Of a DNA stretch of 64,000 nucleotides, positions 1 through 9,556 are shown one piece after another. Position numbers and translations under genes: made by a program. The number at the start of each line of letters is the position of its first letter. The first letter of the stretch is position 1. Under the pieces are notes generated by a model. It saw nothing but the letters and a program-made list of their open reading frames with translations, was not told where the DNA came from and ran no database searches. This DNA comes from Flavobacteriales bacterium (lineage in GTDB: Bacteria > Bacteroidota > Bacteroidia > CAIKAF01): assembly GCA_025451295.1 (NCBI GenBank), contig JANWKQ010000168.1, positions 911-64,910 on the forward strand, given 5' to 3'.

Positions 1-36
1 TCTAAAACATTGCCCTTACTACTAAACCGCTCCAGT

Positions 37-255
37 TTAAAAGAGTGATGGGTATATTTTGTCCCTTCCGCATTCAAATTCAGGGGCCGCAAAATCCGAT
101 AAACTCCTGTGCTCGCCAATAATAGGCACAATACTTACGGTGTTTTTGATCTGAACTCTTGGTTCGAGAAATTTTAGGCATTTCTTGCCGATAAAATGAT
201 CCCTTCCTGAGGGGCCTATTTTATCCATCATTCCCTTTACTTCCATCAGTTTCAC
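37..255 (-). CDS. hypothetical small protein (72 aa)
   Basis: Complete ORF from the track. It sits downstream of the OmpA-like gene's terminator. No recognisable motif. Confidence 0.25.
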   Translation of the reverse strand: MKLMEVKGMMDKIGPSGRDHFIGKKCLKFLEPRVQIKNTVSIVPIIGEHRSLSDFAAPEFECGRDKIYPSLF

Positions 256-334
256 AATTTGGGGTTTTGTTAATATAACGATGGATAGGGTCCAATTGTT
301 GTTGACAAAAATTCTGCTTTATCGCAAAAAAAAA

Positions 335-362
335 GCCTCCCTGACAATCTTGTCAGGGAGGC
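335..362 (-). terminator. Rho-independent terminator for the OmpA-family gene
   Basis: Perfect 13-bp inverted repeat (gcctccctgacaa / ttgtcagggaggc) flanked by an A-run on the plus strand, which gives a T-run on the minus strand. It lies immediately 3' of the 386..2062 ORF. Confidence 0.6.
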
Positions 363-385
363 CTTCTTTGAACCTATAAGTATGA

Positions 386-2062
386 TTAGTTAGTCAAAGA
401 CTTGAAATCACTGTTTTCACGCATTTTCAAGAACTCCAGGTCAGCCTTCGCTTTCGCTTTTAAACTGGCATCTTTAGAGATAGCTGTCTTCAAATTGTCG
501 ATCACAGCCTGGTTGCTATTTGTACGTGCAGCAGCCACAGCTTTCAGATAATAAGAAATTGCTTCGTCTTTTTCAGATGAACCATCAATGATAGCAGGCG
601 CTTTCTCTGGGTTACCAGCAAGCAATTTACCTAAAGCAGCATTGAATGAGTTTTCAGAACCATAAGCACTAACGGCTTCGTTATATTTACCTTGGGTGAT
701 ATAAACGTTACCCATGTTATGGTTGTTTTCCTGAGAACCTGATCCTTGTTTGTAGTAGCTGATTGCCTGAGTTTTGTCGCCTTTCAGCATATAAACCGCA
801 CCAATGTTATTTTTGATACCTTTTTCAGAACCGGCAATTTTCTCAGCTTTCTGGAATTCAGTTAAAGCTTCGTTTAATTTACCTTGTTTAGCATAGATGA
901 TACCGATGTTATTGTTAGCTCTCCAGTCAGATGGGAATTGGCTGGCAGTGCTTTGCAATACGGTGATCTTAGTAGCATCATCTGTGATCAAAGTTTCAAC
1001 AGTATAAAGAAGTTCTTCTAAGGTTAATTTCTTAGGATTGTTCTTAGCCAGATCAGTTAACTCAGCAGCTGTTTTTTGTCTTTCAGTGATGATTAAAGTA
1101 ATCTCAGACTTACGTAATGGAGAAAGTAATTCTTTTTCGAACTGATTGTAAGAAGCATTTCCTGCAGATTTTAACTCTGAGTTCTTAGCACCACCTTTGA
1201 TTTTATTAACCAAATCATCTTTACCAGTAAAGTTAGCTTTGCTAGCCAAAGAATTCAAACCAGCCAGGTCTTCACCGTTTCCTTTACCGGAAATGGTTAC
1301 AGTAAGCTTTTTGCCTTTGATATATCCATCAAGATATTTTTTCACTTCGTCAGCACGCTTGGTAGAAAGCTCATTGTTTTTGCCTTCTTCACCGTCTGGA
1401 GAAGCCCATCCGTTTACATCAAGAGATTTAAAGGTTCCACCATCTTTGATCTGGAAATCAACAAAAGAGTTGAAAGTTCCTTTAGACACTGAATCTTTTT
1501 CAGATGGACGGATGTTGAAACTATTGTATGGGAAGAACATGCTTACTTTTCTTGTAAGTGTAATTGGTCCGTAGTTATGTTTACCATAAACGAACTTCTC
1601 ATCTTTCTTCAACAATAAAGGAGTGATGATCGTTCCTAAGCAAATAGGATCTTTGGTCATTACAGTTCCTTTTTCTTTACCTTTCATATAACCTACACCC
1701 TTTACATGTAGCTCAGCTTCTTCCATTCCTGCAACATAAGGAATTTTAGAATTGTACTTAACAGTACCACCTGACCAGCTAAGTGTTTGACCACTTCCGT
1801 CAGCTTTTTCACCTTTTACTGCTAAAGTCTTAAATGCCTTCTCTCCTCCTTTGTATTTTAATACAGGAGTAAGATCTGCAGTACCTTTTTTAGGCATGGT
1901 TTTCTTTGGATACTCGGCAGTAATAGTTACCTCAATCGAGTCGGCCTTGTACTCTAGTGGGCAAGGCACCACTTTGTACTTAATTTTGTCTAAGTTAAAC
2001 TTGGCGCAACCAAATGTTAAAACTGAGGCTGCTACCAATAATCCAATGTTTCTGAGCTTCAT
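386..2062 (-). CDS. OmpA-family lipoprotein with C-terminal TPR repeats
   Basis: Lipoprotein-type signal (…LTFGC). Central OmpA_C peptidoglycan-binding motif (GWASPDG…NNELSTKRADEV). C-terminal TPR-like repeats (NIGIIYAKQGKLNEAL…). Confidence 0.7.
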   Translation of the reverse strand: MKLRNIGLLVAASVLTFGCAKFNLDKIKYKVVPCPLEYKADSIEVTITAEYPKKTMPKKGTADLTPVLKYKGGEKAFKTLAVKGEKADGSGQTLSWSGGTVKYNSKIPYVAGMEEAELHVKGVGYMKGKEKGTVMTKDPICLGTIITPLLLKKDEKFVYGKHNYGPITLTRKVSMFFPYNSFNIRPSEKDSVSKGTFNSFVDFQIKDGGTFKSLDVNGWASPDGEEGKNNELSTKRADEVKKYLDGYIKGKKLTVTISGKGNGEDLAGLNSLASKANFTGKDDLVNKIKGGAKNSELKSAGNASYNQFEKELLSPLRKSEITLIITERQKTAAELTDLAKNNPKKLTLEELLYTVETLITDDATKITVLQSTASQFPSDWRANNNIGIIYAKQGKLNEALTEFQKAEKIAGSEKGIKNNIGAVYMLKGDKTQAISYYKQGSGSQENNHNMGNVYITQGKYNEAVSAYGSENSFNAALGKLLAGNPEKAPAIIDGSSEKDEAISYYLKAVAAARTNSNQAVIDNLKTAISKDASLKAKAKADLEFLKMRENSDFKSLTN

Positions 2063-2167
2063 ATATATTTTAGTTTGTAGGTTCAGGTTGCGAAAATACT
2101 ATATTTTTCAAATATAAAAGCAGAAATAGAAAATATTTGAAAATTTCACCGGGTTTTTGATAAGATT

Positions 2168-2800
2168 CTATAAGTCAAATATATATAGCCCTAATGGACG
2201 TGCTTTTTGAATTTCAGTCCGGATGCGTTCAAAATAGGATAAATCCGCCACAAAGTCCTTATTGGAGGTGTTGATCAGTAAAACCGGGATATCAGGCTCT
2301 GTCCTGAAAGCCTCCATATAATTCCTTTGGAGATTTTCGAGGTACTCATCCTTGATATTTAATTCATATGGCCGACCTCTTTTTTTAATATTTTTTTGAA
2401 GATCCTGTACGGAACTGTTGAGATAAACGATGAGGTCTGGTTTGGGAAAACTGTCAAATATGAGGTAGAATAATTTATGGAATAACTGGTACTCGTGTTC
2501 GGGCAGGTTTACCTTGGCAAAAAGCAAAGATTTAAGAATATAATAATCTGCTACCACAATCGGATTGAACAGATCCGATTTGACGAGAATCTTTTTTAAC
2601 TGCTCAAACCTTTCTCCCAGAAAAGAAAGCTCCAAGGGGAAAGCATATTTTTCAGGGTTTTCATAGAACAATGGCAAAAAGGAATTTTCAGCAAATTCCT
2701 CCAGCATTAATCTGGCATCCCATTCCCTGGCAAGCATGGTAGCCAGGGTAGTTTTGCCGGCTCCGATATTACCTTCTATGACGATGAATTGATTTTTCAT
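2168..2800 (-). CDS. deoxynucleoside kinase
   Basis: P-loop IEGNIGAGKTT near the N-terminus. dNK-family length and motifs. Confidence 0.8.
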   Translation of the reverse strand: MKNQFIVIEGNIGAGKTTLATMLAREWDARLMLEEFAENSFLPLFYENPEKYAFPLELSFLGERFEQLKKILVKSDLFNPIVVADYYILKSLLFAKVNLPEHEYQLFHKLFYLIFDSFPKPDLIVYLNSSVQDLQKNIKKRGRPYELNIKDEYLENLQRNYMEAFRTEPDIPVLLINTSNKDFVADLSYFERIRTEIQKARPLGLYIFDL

Positions 2801-3282
2801 TGCTGATTGATCTTACTTTCATCTTCACATTCAGTTAAAAGTGTTCGCATCGTTTTATCCAGTTTGGGATGTACAAAGTCTGGCATGATCTCCACTAATG
2901 GTACCAGACAAAATTTACGTAAATGTAATCGGGGGTGGGGAATGAAAAGATGATCTTCTTCGATGATTTCCTGATCAAAAAAAAGAATGTCTATATCTAT
3001 ATCCCGATCTGAATAGGTGGTTGCTGCAGTTCTTGTTCTCCCCAATTTATTTTCAATTGATAAACAATCCGTCAATACCTGTTGTGGATTATTTTTGGTT
3101 TCAACAACAACGACCTGGTTGTAAAACAGGTTATCACTTTCAAAGCCCCAGGCGTTGGAAGTATAAACGGATGATATACCAAACAATTCATACCCCAATT
3201 CCCTGAAACGGATTAAGCAATTTTTAAAAGTGTTGGTAACATCCCCTGTGTTTCCACCCAATATGAGCACTGCATGATGCAT
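2797..3282 (-). CDS. folK: 2-amino-4-hydroxy-6-hydroxymethyldihydropteridine pyrophosphokinase (HPPK)
   Basis: HPPK signature (ILGGNTGD…, DIDIDILFF…, HPR…FVL.PL.EI). 4-nt overlap with the upstream gene. Confidence 0.85.
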   Translation of the reverse strand: MHHAVLILGGNTGDVTNTFKNCLIRFRELGYELFGISSVYTSNAWGFESDNLFYNQVVVVETKNNPQQVLTDCLSIENKLGRTRTAATTYSDRDIDIDILFFDQEIIEEDHLFIPHPRLHLRKFCLVPLVEIMPDFVHPKLDKTMRTLLTECEDESKINQQ

Positions 3283-3345
3283 TCAGTATACCAATTTAGT
3301 AAGCATAACACCAACAAAGTTAGGTAAAAAATTCTGGAGGATATA

Positions 3346-4392
3346 CTAGTGCTTATTGGCCAACTGGCCACAAGCGGCATCAATATCTTTCCCTCGGCTT
3401 CGGCGGACGTTTACAATGACATTCCTGCTTTCGAGATAGGCAATAAAAGCCTCCGTTTTTTGCTTGGAAGCCTGTTCAAAATATCCGTTCTCAATCGGAT
3501 TGTATTCGATCACATTTACTTTACATGGAATATGTTTGCAATAATCCGCTAACTCTTTTGCGTCAGAGATATCATCATTAAAATCTTTGAAAATAATGTA
3601 TTCGTATGTGACCCTTGTTCCCGTTTTTTCATAAAAATATTTGAGGGCATCGGCCAGCAACTCTAATGGATTACTGTCGTTAATACTCATGAGCTTTGAA
3701 CGCTTTTCATTATTGGCAACATGTAATGACAGGGCCAGATTAAATTTCACCTGGTCATCAGCCATTTTTACGATCATCTTTGCAATGCCGCTTGTACTTA
3801 AAGTGATCCTTTTGGGTGACATACCTAAGGCATCCGGGGACGAGATAAGAGAGATACTCTCCATTACATTTTTATAGTTGAGCAGTGGTTCACCCATACC
3901 CATATAAACAATGTTGGAAAGTGGCAGCTGATAATTTTGTTTAGCCTGGTTATTAAGATTCACCACCTGATCGAAAATTTCGTCAGGTGTAAGGTTACGG
4001 ATCATTTTAAGTCTCGCGGTGGCGCAAAATTTACAGTCAAGGCTGCAGCCAACCTGCGAAGAAATACATGCTGTCATTCTTTTAGGGGTGGGAATAAGCA
4101 CACCCTCCACCACCTTTCCATCGTGGAGGGAAAAGGCGGATTTAATGGTCTTGTCTTTACTTTTTTGTGAGGTGAGGGTCTCCAGTTGGTGGATGGTAAA
4201 GTTATCTTCCAGAAATTGGCGTAACGGCTTGGATACATTGCTCATGGCCTCAAAACTCACCACATGTTTTTGCCAAAGCCATTGGTAAACCTGGTCGGCT
4301 CTGAAAGATTTTTCGCCCTTTTCAATAAAAAGCGTTTTTAGTTCATCTTTGTCAAAGCTTCGTATATTTGGCTTTATGTCTGCGGATGCCAT
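3346..4392 (-). CDS. rlmN: 23S rRNA/tRNA (adenine-C2)-methyltransferase RlmN (radical SAM)
   Basis: CxxxCxxC radical-SAM motif (GCSLDCKFCAT). RlmN-family N-terminus and length. Confidence 0.9.
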   Translation of the reverse strand: MASADIKPNIRSFDKDELKTLFIEKGEKSFRADQVYQWLWQKHVVSFEAMSNVSKPLRQFLEDNFTIHQLETLTSQKSKDKTIKSAFSLHDGKVVEGVLIPTPKRMTACISSQVGCSLDCKFCATARLKMIRNLTPDEIFDQVVNLNNQAKQNYQLPLSNIVYMGMGEPLLNYKNVMESISLISSPDALGMSPKRITLSTSGIAKMIVKMADDQVKFNLALSLHVANNEKRSKLMSINDSNPLELLADALKYFYEKTGTRVTYEYIIFKDFNDDISDAKELADYCKHIPCKVNVIEYNPIENGYFEQASKQKTEAFIAYLESRNVIVNVRRSRGKDIDAACGQLANKH

Positions 4393-4398
4393 AGGGCA

Positions 4399-4431
4399 AA
4401 TTTACGATTTACGATCTTGGATTTACGATTA
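4399..4431. repeat. heptanucleotide tandem repeat (ATTTACG-like, ~4-5 units) filling the 49-bp divergent rlmN/DUF4440 intergenic region
   Basis: Reads atttacg atttacg atcttgg atttacg atta directly in the sequence. Confidence 0.5.
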
Positions 4432-4441
4432 ATACAGATAT

Positions 4442-4861
4442 ATGAGAGCTTTTTTGTTATTTATTATGTTTGGTATGGCGGTTGGATCGATAAAGGCACA
4501 ATCAGTTGAAACGACCCTCACCGGCATTATGAAGATCCAGTCGGACGCCTGGAACAATGGTGATGTTGACGGATTTATGAAATATTACTGGAATGATCCT
4601 GAGTTGCGGTTTGTGTCTGCATATGGTGTTTCTAAAGGTTGGCAGCAGGTGTACGACAATTATAAGGCCTCATATCCTGATAAGAAAGCAATGGGTTTTC
4701 TTACTTTTGACAACCTGGTGTTTGACAAGATGAATACCAAAATGTATATGGTAACGGGTAGTTGGCATTTGCAAAAAGAGGCAGAGGCAGGAGGATGGTT
4801 TACGCTGATCTTTAAAAAATTTAAAAAAGACTGGCTGATCATTTATGATCATACCAGCTAA
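4442..4861 (+). CDS. secreted SnoaL/NTF2-like (DUF4440-like) protein
   Basis: Signal peptide. W/Y-rich NTF2-like pattern (YWNDPELRFV…). Confidence 0.5.
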   Translation: MRAFLLFIMFGMAVGSIKAQSVETTLTGIMKIQSDAWNNGDVDGFMKYYWNDPELRFVSAYGVSKGWQQVYDNYKASYPDKKAMGFLTFDNLVFDKMNTKMYMVTGSWHLQKEAEAGGWFTLIFKKFKKDWLIIYDHTS

Positions 4862-4895
4862 ACAATAATCAACTCAAATAATTGTTATTATTGCA

Positions 4896-5294
4896 ATGGT
4901 TTTTAACATGGTCACTAAAGTCACAGAGGGTATAGAAGTATCGGTAGATACGATCTACGAGGAAGGTCAATCAAGACCTACTGACCGTCTGTATTTGTTT
5001 TCATACCATGTTACCATCGAAAACCGTACACCGGAAAAAGTACAATTACTTCGTCGCTATTGGCAGATCTTCGACAGCAATGGAGAATACAGGGAAGTGG
5101 AAGGTCCTGGTGTAGTGGGGGAGCAGCCGATCTTGCTGCCTGGTGAAAAATATTCCTACGAATCTTTCTGCAATCTTAAAACGGATATGGGAAAAATGAA
5201 AGGGACATATACCTTCGAAAGATTGAAGGACAGAAAAATGTTCATCGCCGAAATCCCGGAGTTTAAAATGATTGTTCCCAGCAAATTGAATTAA
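4896..5294 (+). CDS. apaG: ApaG (DUF525) protein
   Basis: Conserved GVVGEQP.L.PGE..Y.S motif typical of ApaG. Confidence 0.8.
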   Translation: MVFNMVTKVTEGIEVSVDTIYEEGQSRPTDRLYLFSYHVTIENRTPEKVQLLRRYWQIFDSNGEYREVEGPGVVGEQPILLPGEKYSYESFCNLKTDMGKMKGTYTFERLKDRKMFIAEIPEFKMIVPSKLN

Positions 5295-5317
5295 AAATCT
5301 GAAACGTATTCAAATAA

Positions 5318-5350
5318 AAAAGGCGTTTATATGAACGCCTTTTGATTTTA
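5318..5350. terminator. bidirectional hairpin terminator between apaG (+) and the SDR gene (-)
   Basis: aaggcgtt…aacgcctt stem followed by a T-rich tract, with an A-run upstream. Confidence 0.5.
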
Positions 5351-5363
5351 ACATAGTTGCAAT

Positions 5364-6359
5364 CTATTTCTTCTTCGGATCCAGCATGCCTTCTTCTTTC
5401 ACCCATTTCAAAGTAGGTTCAAGAATTTCACGTGCACCGCGGAACTGAACACCTAATTCTTCTTTTGCTTTTGTATTATCTACAAACCAGTATTTAACCG
5501 CATAAGGAATAACAGCCGGTTCAAAACCAAAACCAATTCCAAATGTTTTGCTGAACCAGGCAAGTCTCATCAGCATTCCCCTTCCAATTGGTTTGATCGG
5601 TTTTTCCACACCCAATAACTCCAATGATACTTTGGCCAGATCGTTAAACTCCATGTTATCACTACCCAAAATATATCTTTCTCCGCTTTTTCCTTTTTCA
5701 AAAGCAGCAACAATTCCATTCGCTACATCATCAACATAAACAATAGAAGTTCCACCTTCTGCCAGTTGAACCGTTTTGGTAGTGGCAAAATCGATCAGGT
5801 TACCACAGGTAATTTTATCATAATCATATGGGCCATATACTTCAGTAGGGTTTACAATCGTAATGGGTTGACCCGCTTTGGATCTTTCAATACAATATTC
5901 TTCTACTTCTTTTTTGGCATGCGCATAAGTATAATGCTTGTTCTTTGGTAAAGTAAGAGGTGATTTTTCGTTCAGGATTACTTTCTCATCTGTTCCATCA
6001 ATAGCGGTGGATGAACTTACATATACCACTTTTATATTTCCATTTTCTTTGGCTGCATCCAACACTTTTTTGGATCCTTCAATAACCACCATCGGCATTT
6101 TTGATGATTTAATATCTTTCCAGTTGGATAAACTGGCGAGATGAATAACACCCGTACAACCTTTCATGCCCTCTTTTAGTGAATTGGCATCTGTAATATC
6201 GCCATCGAATCTTTCGAATTTCAATGTATCAATCCTGCGGGTATTGGTTGTTTTTCGAAGCAGGCATTTTACCTCATAGCCGTTTTCCAACAATTGTTTT
6301 ACTACACGGCTTCCTATGAATCCGGCGCCTCCTGTTACAAAAATTTTTCCTTTACTCAT
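5364..6359 (-). CDS. NAD-dependent epimerase/dehydratase-family reductase (extended SDR)
   Basis: N-terminal Rossmann motif TGGAGFIGS. Co-oriented with, and 74 bp downstream of, the Spt-like gene. Confidence 0.8.
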   Translation of the reverse strand: MSKGKIFVTGGAGFIGSRVVKQLLENGYEVKCLLRKTTNTRRIDTLKFERFDGDITDANSLKEGMKGCTGVIHLASLSNWKDIKSSKMPMVVIEGSKKVLDAAKENGNIKVVYVSSSTAIDGTDEKVILNEKSPLTLPKNKHYTYAHAKKEVEEYCIERSKAGQPITIVNPTEVYGPYDYDKITCGNLIDFATTKTVQLAEGGTSIVYVDDVANGIVAAFEKGKSGERYILGSDNMEFNDLAKVSLELLGVEKPIKPIGRGMLMRLAWFSKTFGIGFGFEPAVIPYAVKYWFVDNTKAKEELGVQFRGAREILEPTLKWVKEEGMLDPKKK

Positions 6360-6432
6360 GATTTAGTTATTTATTTTTTGGTTGACAAATATACGTGTTT
6401 AGTTACTTTCCTTCCAAGGGTTAACCCTGATA

Positions 6433-7809
6433 TTATCCAACGGTTTGTTTTGGAAATGAAACATCTGCGTAATCTTTCCTGATCCTGGAGAGGTGTTCTG
6501 CCGTTTTGGTTACTGCAAAGCTGAGTTCTTCTTCCGTATGGTCACAGGTAATAAAGAACCTAAGTCTTGCTTCCTCTTCTGCTACTGCGGGATATAAAAT
6601 AGGTTGAACATTAATACCATCCAGAAAAAGAGCATTAGCTAATAACAAAGCATGGGCAGAGTTACCAGTAATAACCGGCACAACAGCCGAATCCTTGCTT
6701 GGTCCGGTATTAATTCCTTCTTCGTTGCACAATTTAATGAATAAGGTCGCATTGGTAACCGCTTTTACACCTCTCCAACCTTCCGTCTTCATGATTTTTG
6801 CGGCAGCCAGGGCAGCGCCTGCATTCTGTGGGGTAATTCCTACACTATAAACAAAACCAGGGGTATTATATTTTAAATAATCCACCAATACTTTTTTCCC
6901 TGCAATATATCCACCGCAACTGGCATAGGATTTACTAAAAGTACACATCCACATATCTACCTCATCGCGTTTAACGTTGTGATAATCGCCAACACCTAAA
7001 CCATTCGGGCCAATTACCCCCATCGAATGAGCTTCATCCATAAATAACAGGCAATTGTATTTCTTTTTTATTTCTATCAATCGCGGAAGATTACAAATAT
7101 CACCATCCATGCTAAAAACACCTTCTGTAGCAATCAATACTCTTTCGTAATCGTTGCGAACTTCCGCAAGAATTTTTTCCAATTCATCTAAATTTTCATG
7201 TGGATATGCAATTCTTCTTGCGCCGGATAAAAGACAACCTTCAATAATAGAATTATGTGCCAATGAATCATAGATCACCAGATCTTTACCTGCCCGTAGG
7301 ATATGGCCAATGATTGTTACATTCGTTGCGTGACCACTTACTAAAACGATTGCATCTTCCACCTGGTGAAGCTCGGCAATTGTTTTTTCCAATTCAAGGT
7401 GAATCGGTCTTTCACCGGTAGCAATTCTACTGGCGCTAACCGATGTCCCAAATTTATCTGCGGCATCCTTTGCACCTTGTGTAACCCTTGGGTCACCACT
7501 CATTCCAGTATAGTTATAACTGGAGAAGCTGATGTATTCTTTACCGCCGATTCGGGTTTTATCATTTACAATACCCTCATTAACCCGAAAATACGGATTC
7601 TCAACGTGCAACATTTCGAGGGTCTTATACTGGTTGGCCAGGGTTTGTACCTCAGGCCATTGATTGAAATCTGCAAATTTTGATGTGTCCTTATCTGCGG
7701 TTTCAGTAGTGGTGCTCAAGGTAGTAGCGGTCTTTACCGCCTTTTCCTTCATCATCTTTTTTAAAAGCTCCCTTTTCTCTTCAATCGACAGATTTTTGTT
7801 ATCCGACAT
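6433..7809 (-). CDS. alpha-oxoamine synthase-family acyltransferase (serine palmitoyltransferase / cysteate-C-fatty-acyltransferase-like)
   Basis: AONS/Spt-family PLP fold (…SYNYTGMSGDPRV…, FSKS lysine motif…). About 45-aa N-terminal extension. Confidence 0.8.
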   Translation of the reverse strand: MSDNKNLSIEEKRELLKKMMKEKAVKTATTLSTTTETADKDTSKFADFNQWPEVQTLANQYKTLEMLHVENPYFRVNEGIVNDKTRIGGKEYISFSSYNYTGMSGDPRVTQGAKDAADKFGTSVSASRIATGERPIHLELEKTIAELHQVEDAIVLVSGHATNVTIIGHILRAGKDLVIYDSLAHNSIIEGCLLSGARRIAYPHENLDELEKILAEVRNDYERVLIATEGVFSMDGDICNLPRLIEIKKKYNCLLFMDEAHSMGVIGPNGLGVGDYHNVKRDEVDMWMCTFSKSYASCGGYIAGKKVLVDYLKYNTPGFVYSVGITPQNAGAALAAAKIMKTEGWRGVKAVTNATLFIKLCNEEGINTGPSKDSAVVPVITGNSAHALLLANALFLDGINVQPILYPAVAEEEARLRFFITCDHTEEELSFAVTKTAEHLSRIRKDYADVSFPKQTVG

Positions 7810-7900
7810 AGCTTAAAAATTTTCAGCGAAGCTATGAATTTTTGAGGAAACTGGAAAGTATGGAAGGAGGTTTAAATAGCTGACAATCAATACTAAAACC

Positions 7901-8659
7901 TTAATTGTTCAACCGTATTCCTTTCCCCTCCAAATAAATAGTATGATTTAAGTAAACGACCGAATTTTTTGTTCTATAATCAATTTCATTGGTTTCGATG
8001 TAGATCACATCAAACAAGTTCCCCTCTTCAAGCTTACCGTAGTCAAACTTCACATATATAAACTCTCCAGGACTTAAGGTTTTTTTCGGAATGGTTATAT
8101 TGGCTTCCTTGCTTAAGGTTTCAATCGAAGTTATCACCAGCTCTTCTTCACCTTCGTTCCAGCATTTTAGTAAACGTATTCCTGAATCTTCATCAACATC
8201 AACGATTCCAAAATCAATGTCACCAGTTTCAAGTTCAGGATGAGGCTTTTCTTTTACTTTTCCAAAAACATAGATATCATATTTCTGATAAATAGGTCGT
8301 CCAGTGCAAAAACTATCTATGATCTCGTTGGTTTCAATCGTGATAATTTCATTGAGGTTCCCACGGTATTCAGTTTTACATCGGATAAGAATCACACCTG
8401 TATCTCCTGGGGCTATTGTATCCGTTGTGGTTTGATAGTCGGTGAAAAATTCTTCCGGGTATTCTACGGTCAAAGGAAATTTACCTGAATTTAAGTATTG
8501 GAGCTCGTATCTGCATTCGGCCACATCATCATATACATTCCCAAAATCGATGGTATCTGTTTCGGGTTGAAAATTATTCTGAGCGATGACGTTACTATCG
8601 AGGATAATAAATCCTATAAAAAGTGTCAATGGTTTAAATATGAATGACAATTTCATCAT
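7901..8659 (-). CDS. secreted DUF1573-like protein (tandem paralog)
   Basis: Signal peptide. Two-repeat architecture paralogous to 8656..9396, sharing the motif FGIVDVDEDSGIRLLK / FGSVYGDEDSGIRLYE. Confidence 0.5.
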   Translation of the reverse strand: MMKLSFIFKPLTLFIGFIILDSNVIAQNNFQPETDTIDFGNVYDDVAECRYELQYLNSGKFPLTVEYPEEFFTDYQTTTDTIAPGDTGVILIRCKTEYRGNLNEIITIETNEIIDSFCTGRPIYQKYDIYVFGKVKEKPHPELETGDIDFGIVDVDEDSGIRLLKCWNEGEEELVITSIETLSKEANITIPKKTLSPGEFIYVKFDYGKLEEGNLFDVIYIETNEIDYRTKNSVVYLNHTIYLEGKGIRLNN

Positions 8660-9396
8660 TTTAAAAGTATGTTTCCAGTTACGGAAATATCCAGGGTTAA
8701 AAACTCAAGTGGAAATACATTGATCGCCTGATTGGTGCCGATACTGATGTTAGCTTCAAATGTACCGGTCTTCTTCATATTGTAAATGATCTTTACATAG
8801 CCTGTTTCATTGGGTTTGATAACGCTTGGGGTTTCGGCTGTTAGGTATTGATTTGTTGAGGTCACTTCACCAAAGATGAGGTCTTTGGTACCTTCATTTG
8901 TCACTTCATACAAACGTATTCCCGAATCTTCATCTCCATACACACTGCCAAAATAAATGCGATTGTATTGGTATGATTGGATATAAGGCCCGGGGGGCGA
9001 CAAAACTTTTCCAAGAACTTTGACCGTATGTGATTTATAGATCGGATATCCTTCGCAATGCATGCTGTCGATCTCATTGGTAGTAATCGTGATCGTTTTA
9101 TTAATGGGGCCTATTCTTGTAATATTATATTTTACTTTTATTACACCAGATTTTCCGGGCGGAAATGGTTCCCTAGGCCAATATGGAACAAGACAGCCAC
9201 AGGATGATTTTACTTCGTGGAAAACCAGCGGTTCATTTCCTGTATTGGTAAATTCCAGATGACGAACACCCGAGTCAAGATCGGAATATATCGTCCCAAA
9301 ATCAATCACATCTTTAGCCGTGAATACCGGACCTGATTGTGCATTCAAGATAATTTGCACTACAATGGTCAGAAAGAATAATGCTGCATTTTTCAC
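8656..9396 (-). CDS. secreted DUF1573 protein
   Basis: DUF1573-type SCGC motif (KSSCGCLVPYW). Signal peptide. 4-nt ATGA overlap with the downstream paralog. Confidence 0.6.
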   Translation of the reverse strand: MKNAALFFLTIVVQIILNAQSGPVFTAKDVIDFGTIYSDLDSGVRHLEFTNTGNEPLVFHEVKSSCGCLVPYWPREPFPPGKSGVIKVKYNITRIGPINKTITITTNEIDSMHCEGYPIYKSHTVKVLGKVLSPPGPYIQSYQYNRIYFGSVYGDEDSGIRLYEVTNEGTKDLIFGEVTSTNQYLTAETPSVIKPNETGYVKIIYNMKKTGTFEANISIGTNQAINVFPLEFLTLDISVTGNILLK

Positions 9397-9506
9397 CTCG
9401 GTTTTTCTTTCGAAAATAGCGAATGTGAACTTTATCAGACTATTTTTTGGAACGGTTAACCCTTGTTTAACCTTCGTTGGGAAATTTTTAAGAAAAAACC
9501 TGCAAA

Positions 9507-9535
9507 AAAAGACCTGTTCATCGAACAGGTCTTTT
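9507..9535. terminator. bidirectional hairpin terminator 3' of rng
   Basis: agacctgttc…gaacaggtct stem with A/T runs on both sides. Confidence 0.5.
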
Positions 9536-9556
9536 TTATATACGTTATTGTATTAG

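Noticed and set aside
1197-2117. Plus-strand ORFs (125 aa and 88 aa) inside the OmpA-family gene
   Set aside because: They are antisense to a well-supported gene and their low-complexity Leu/Ser-rich translations are typical of shadow ORFs.
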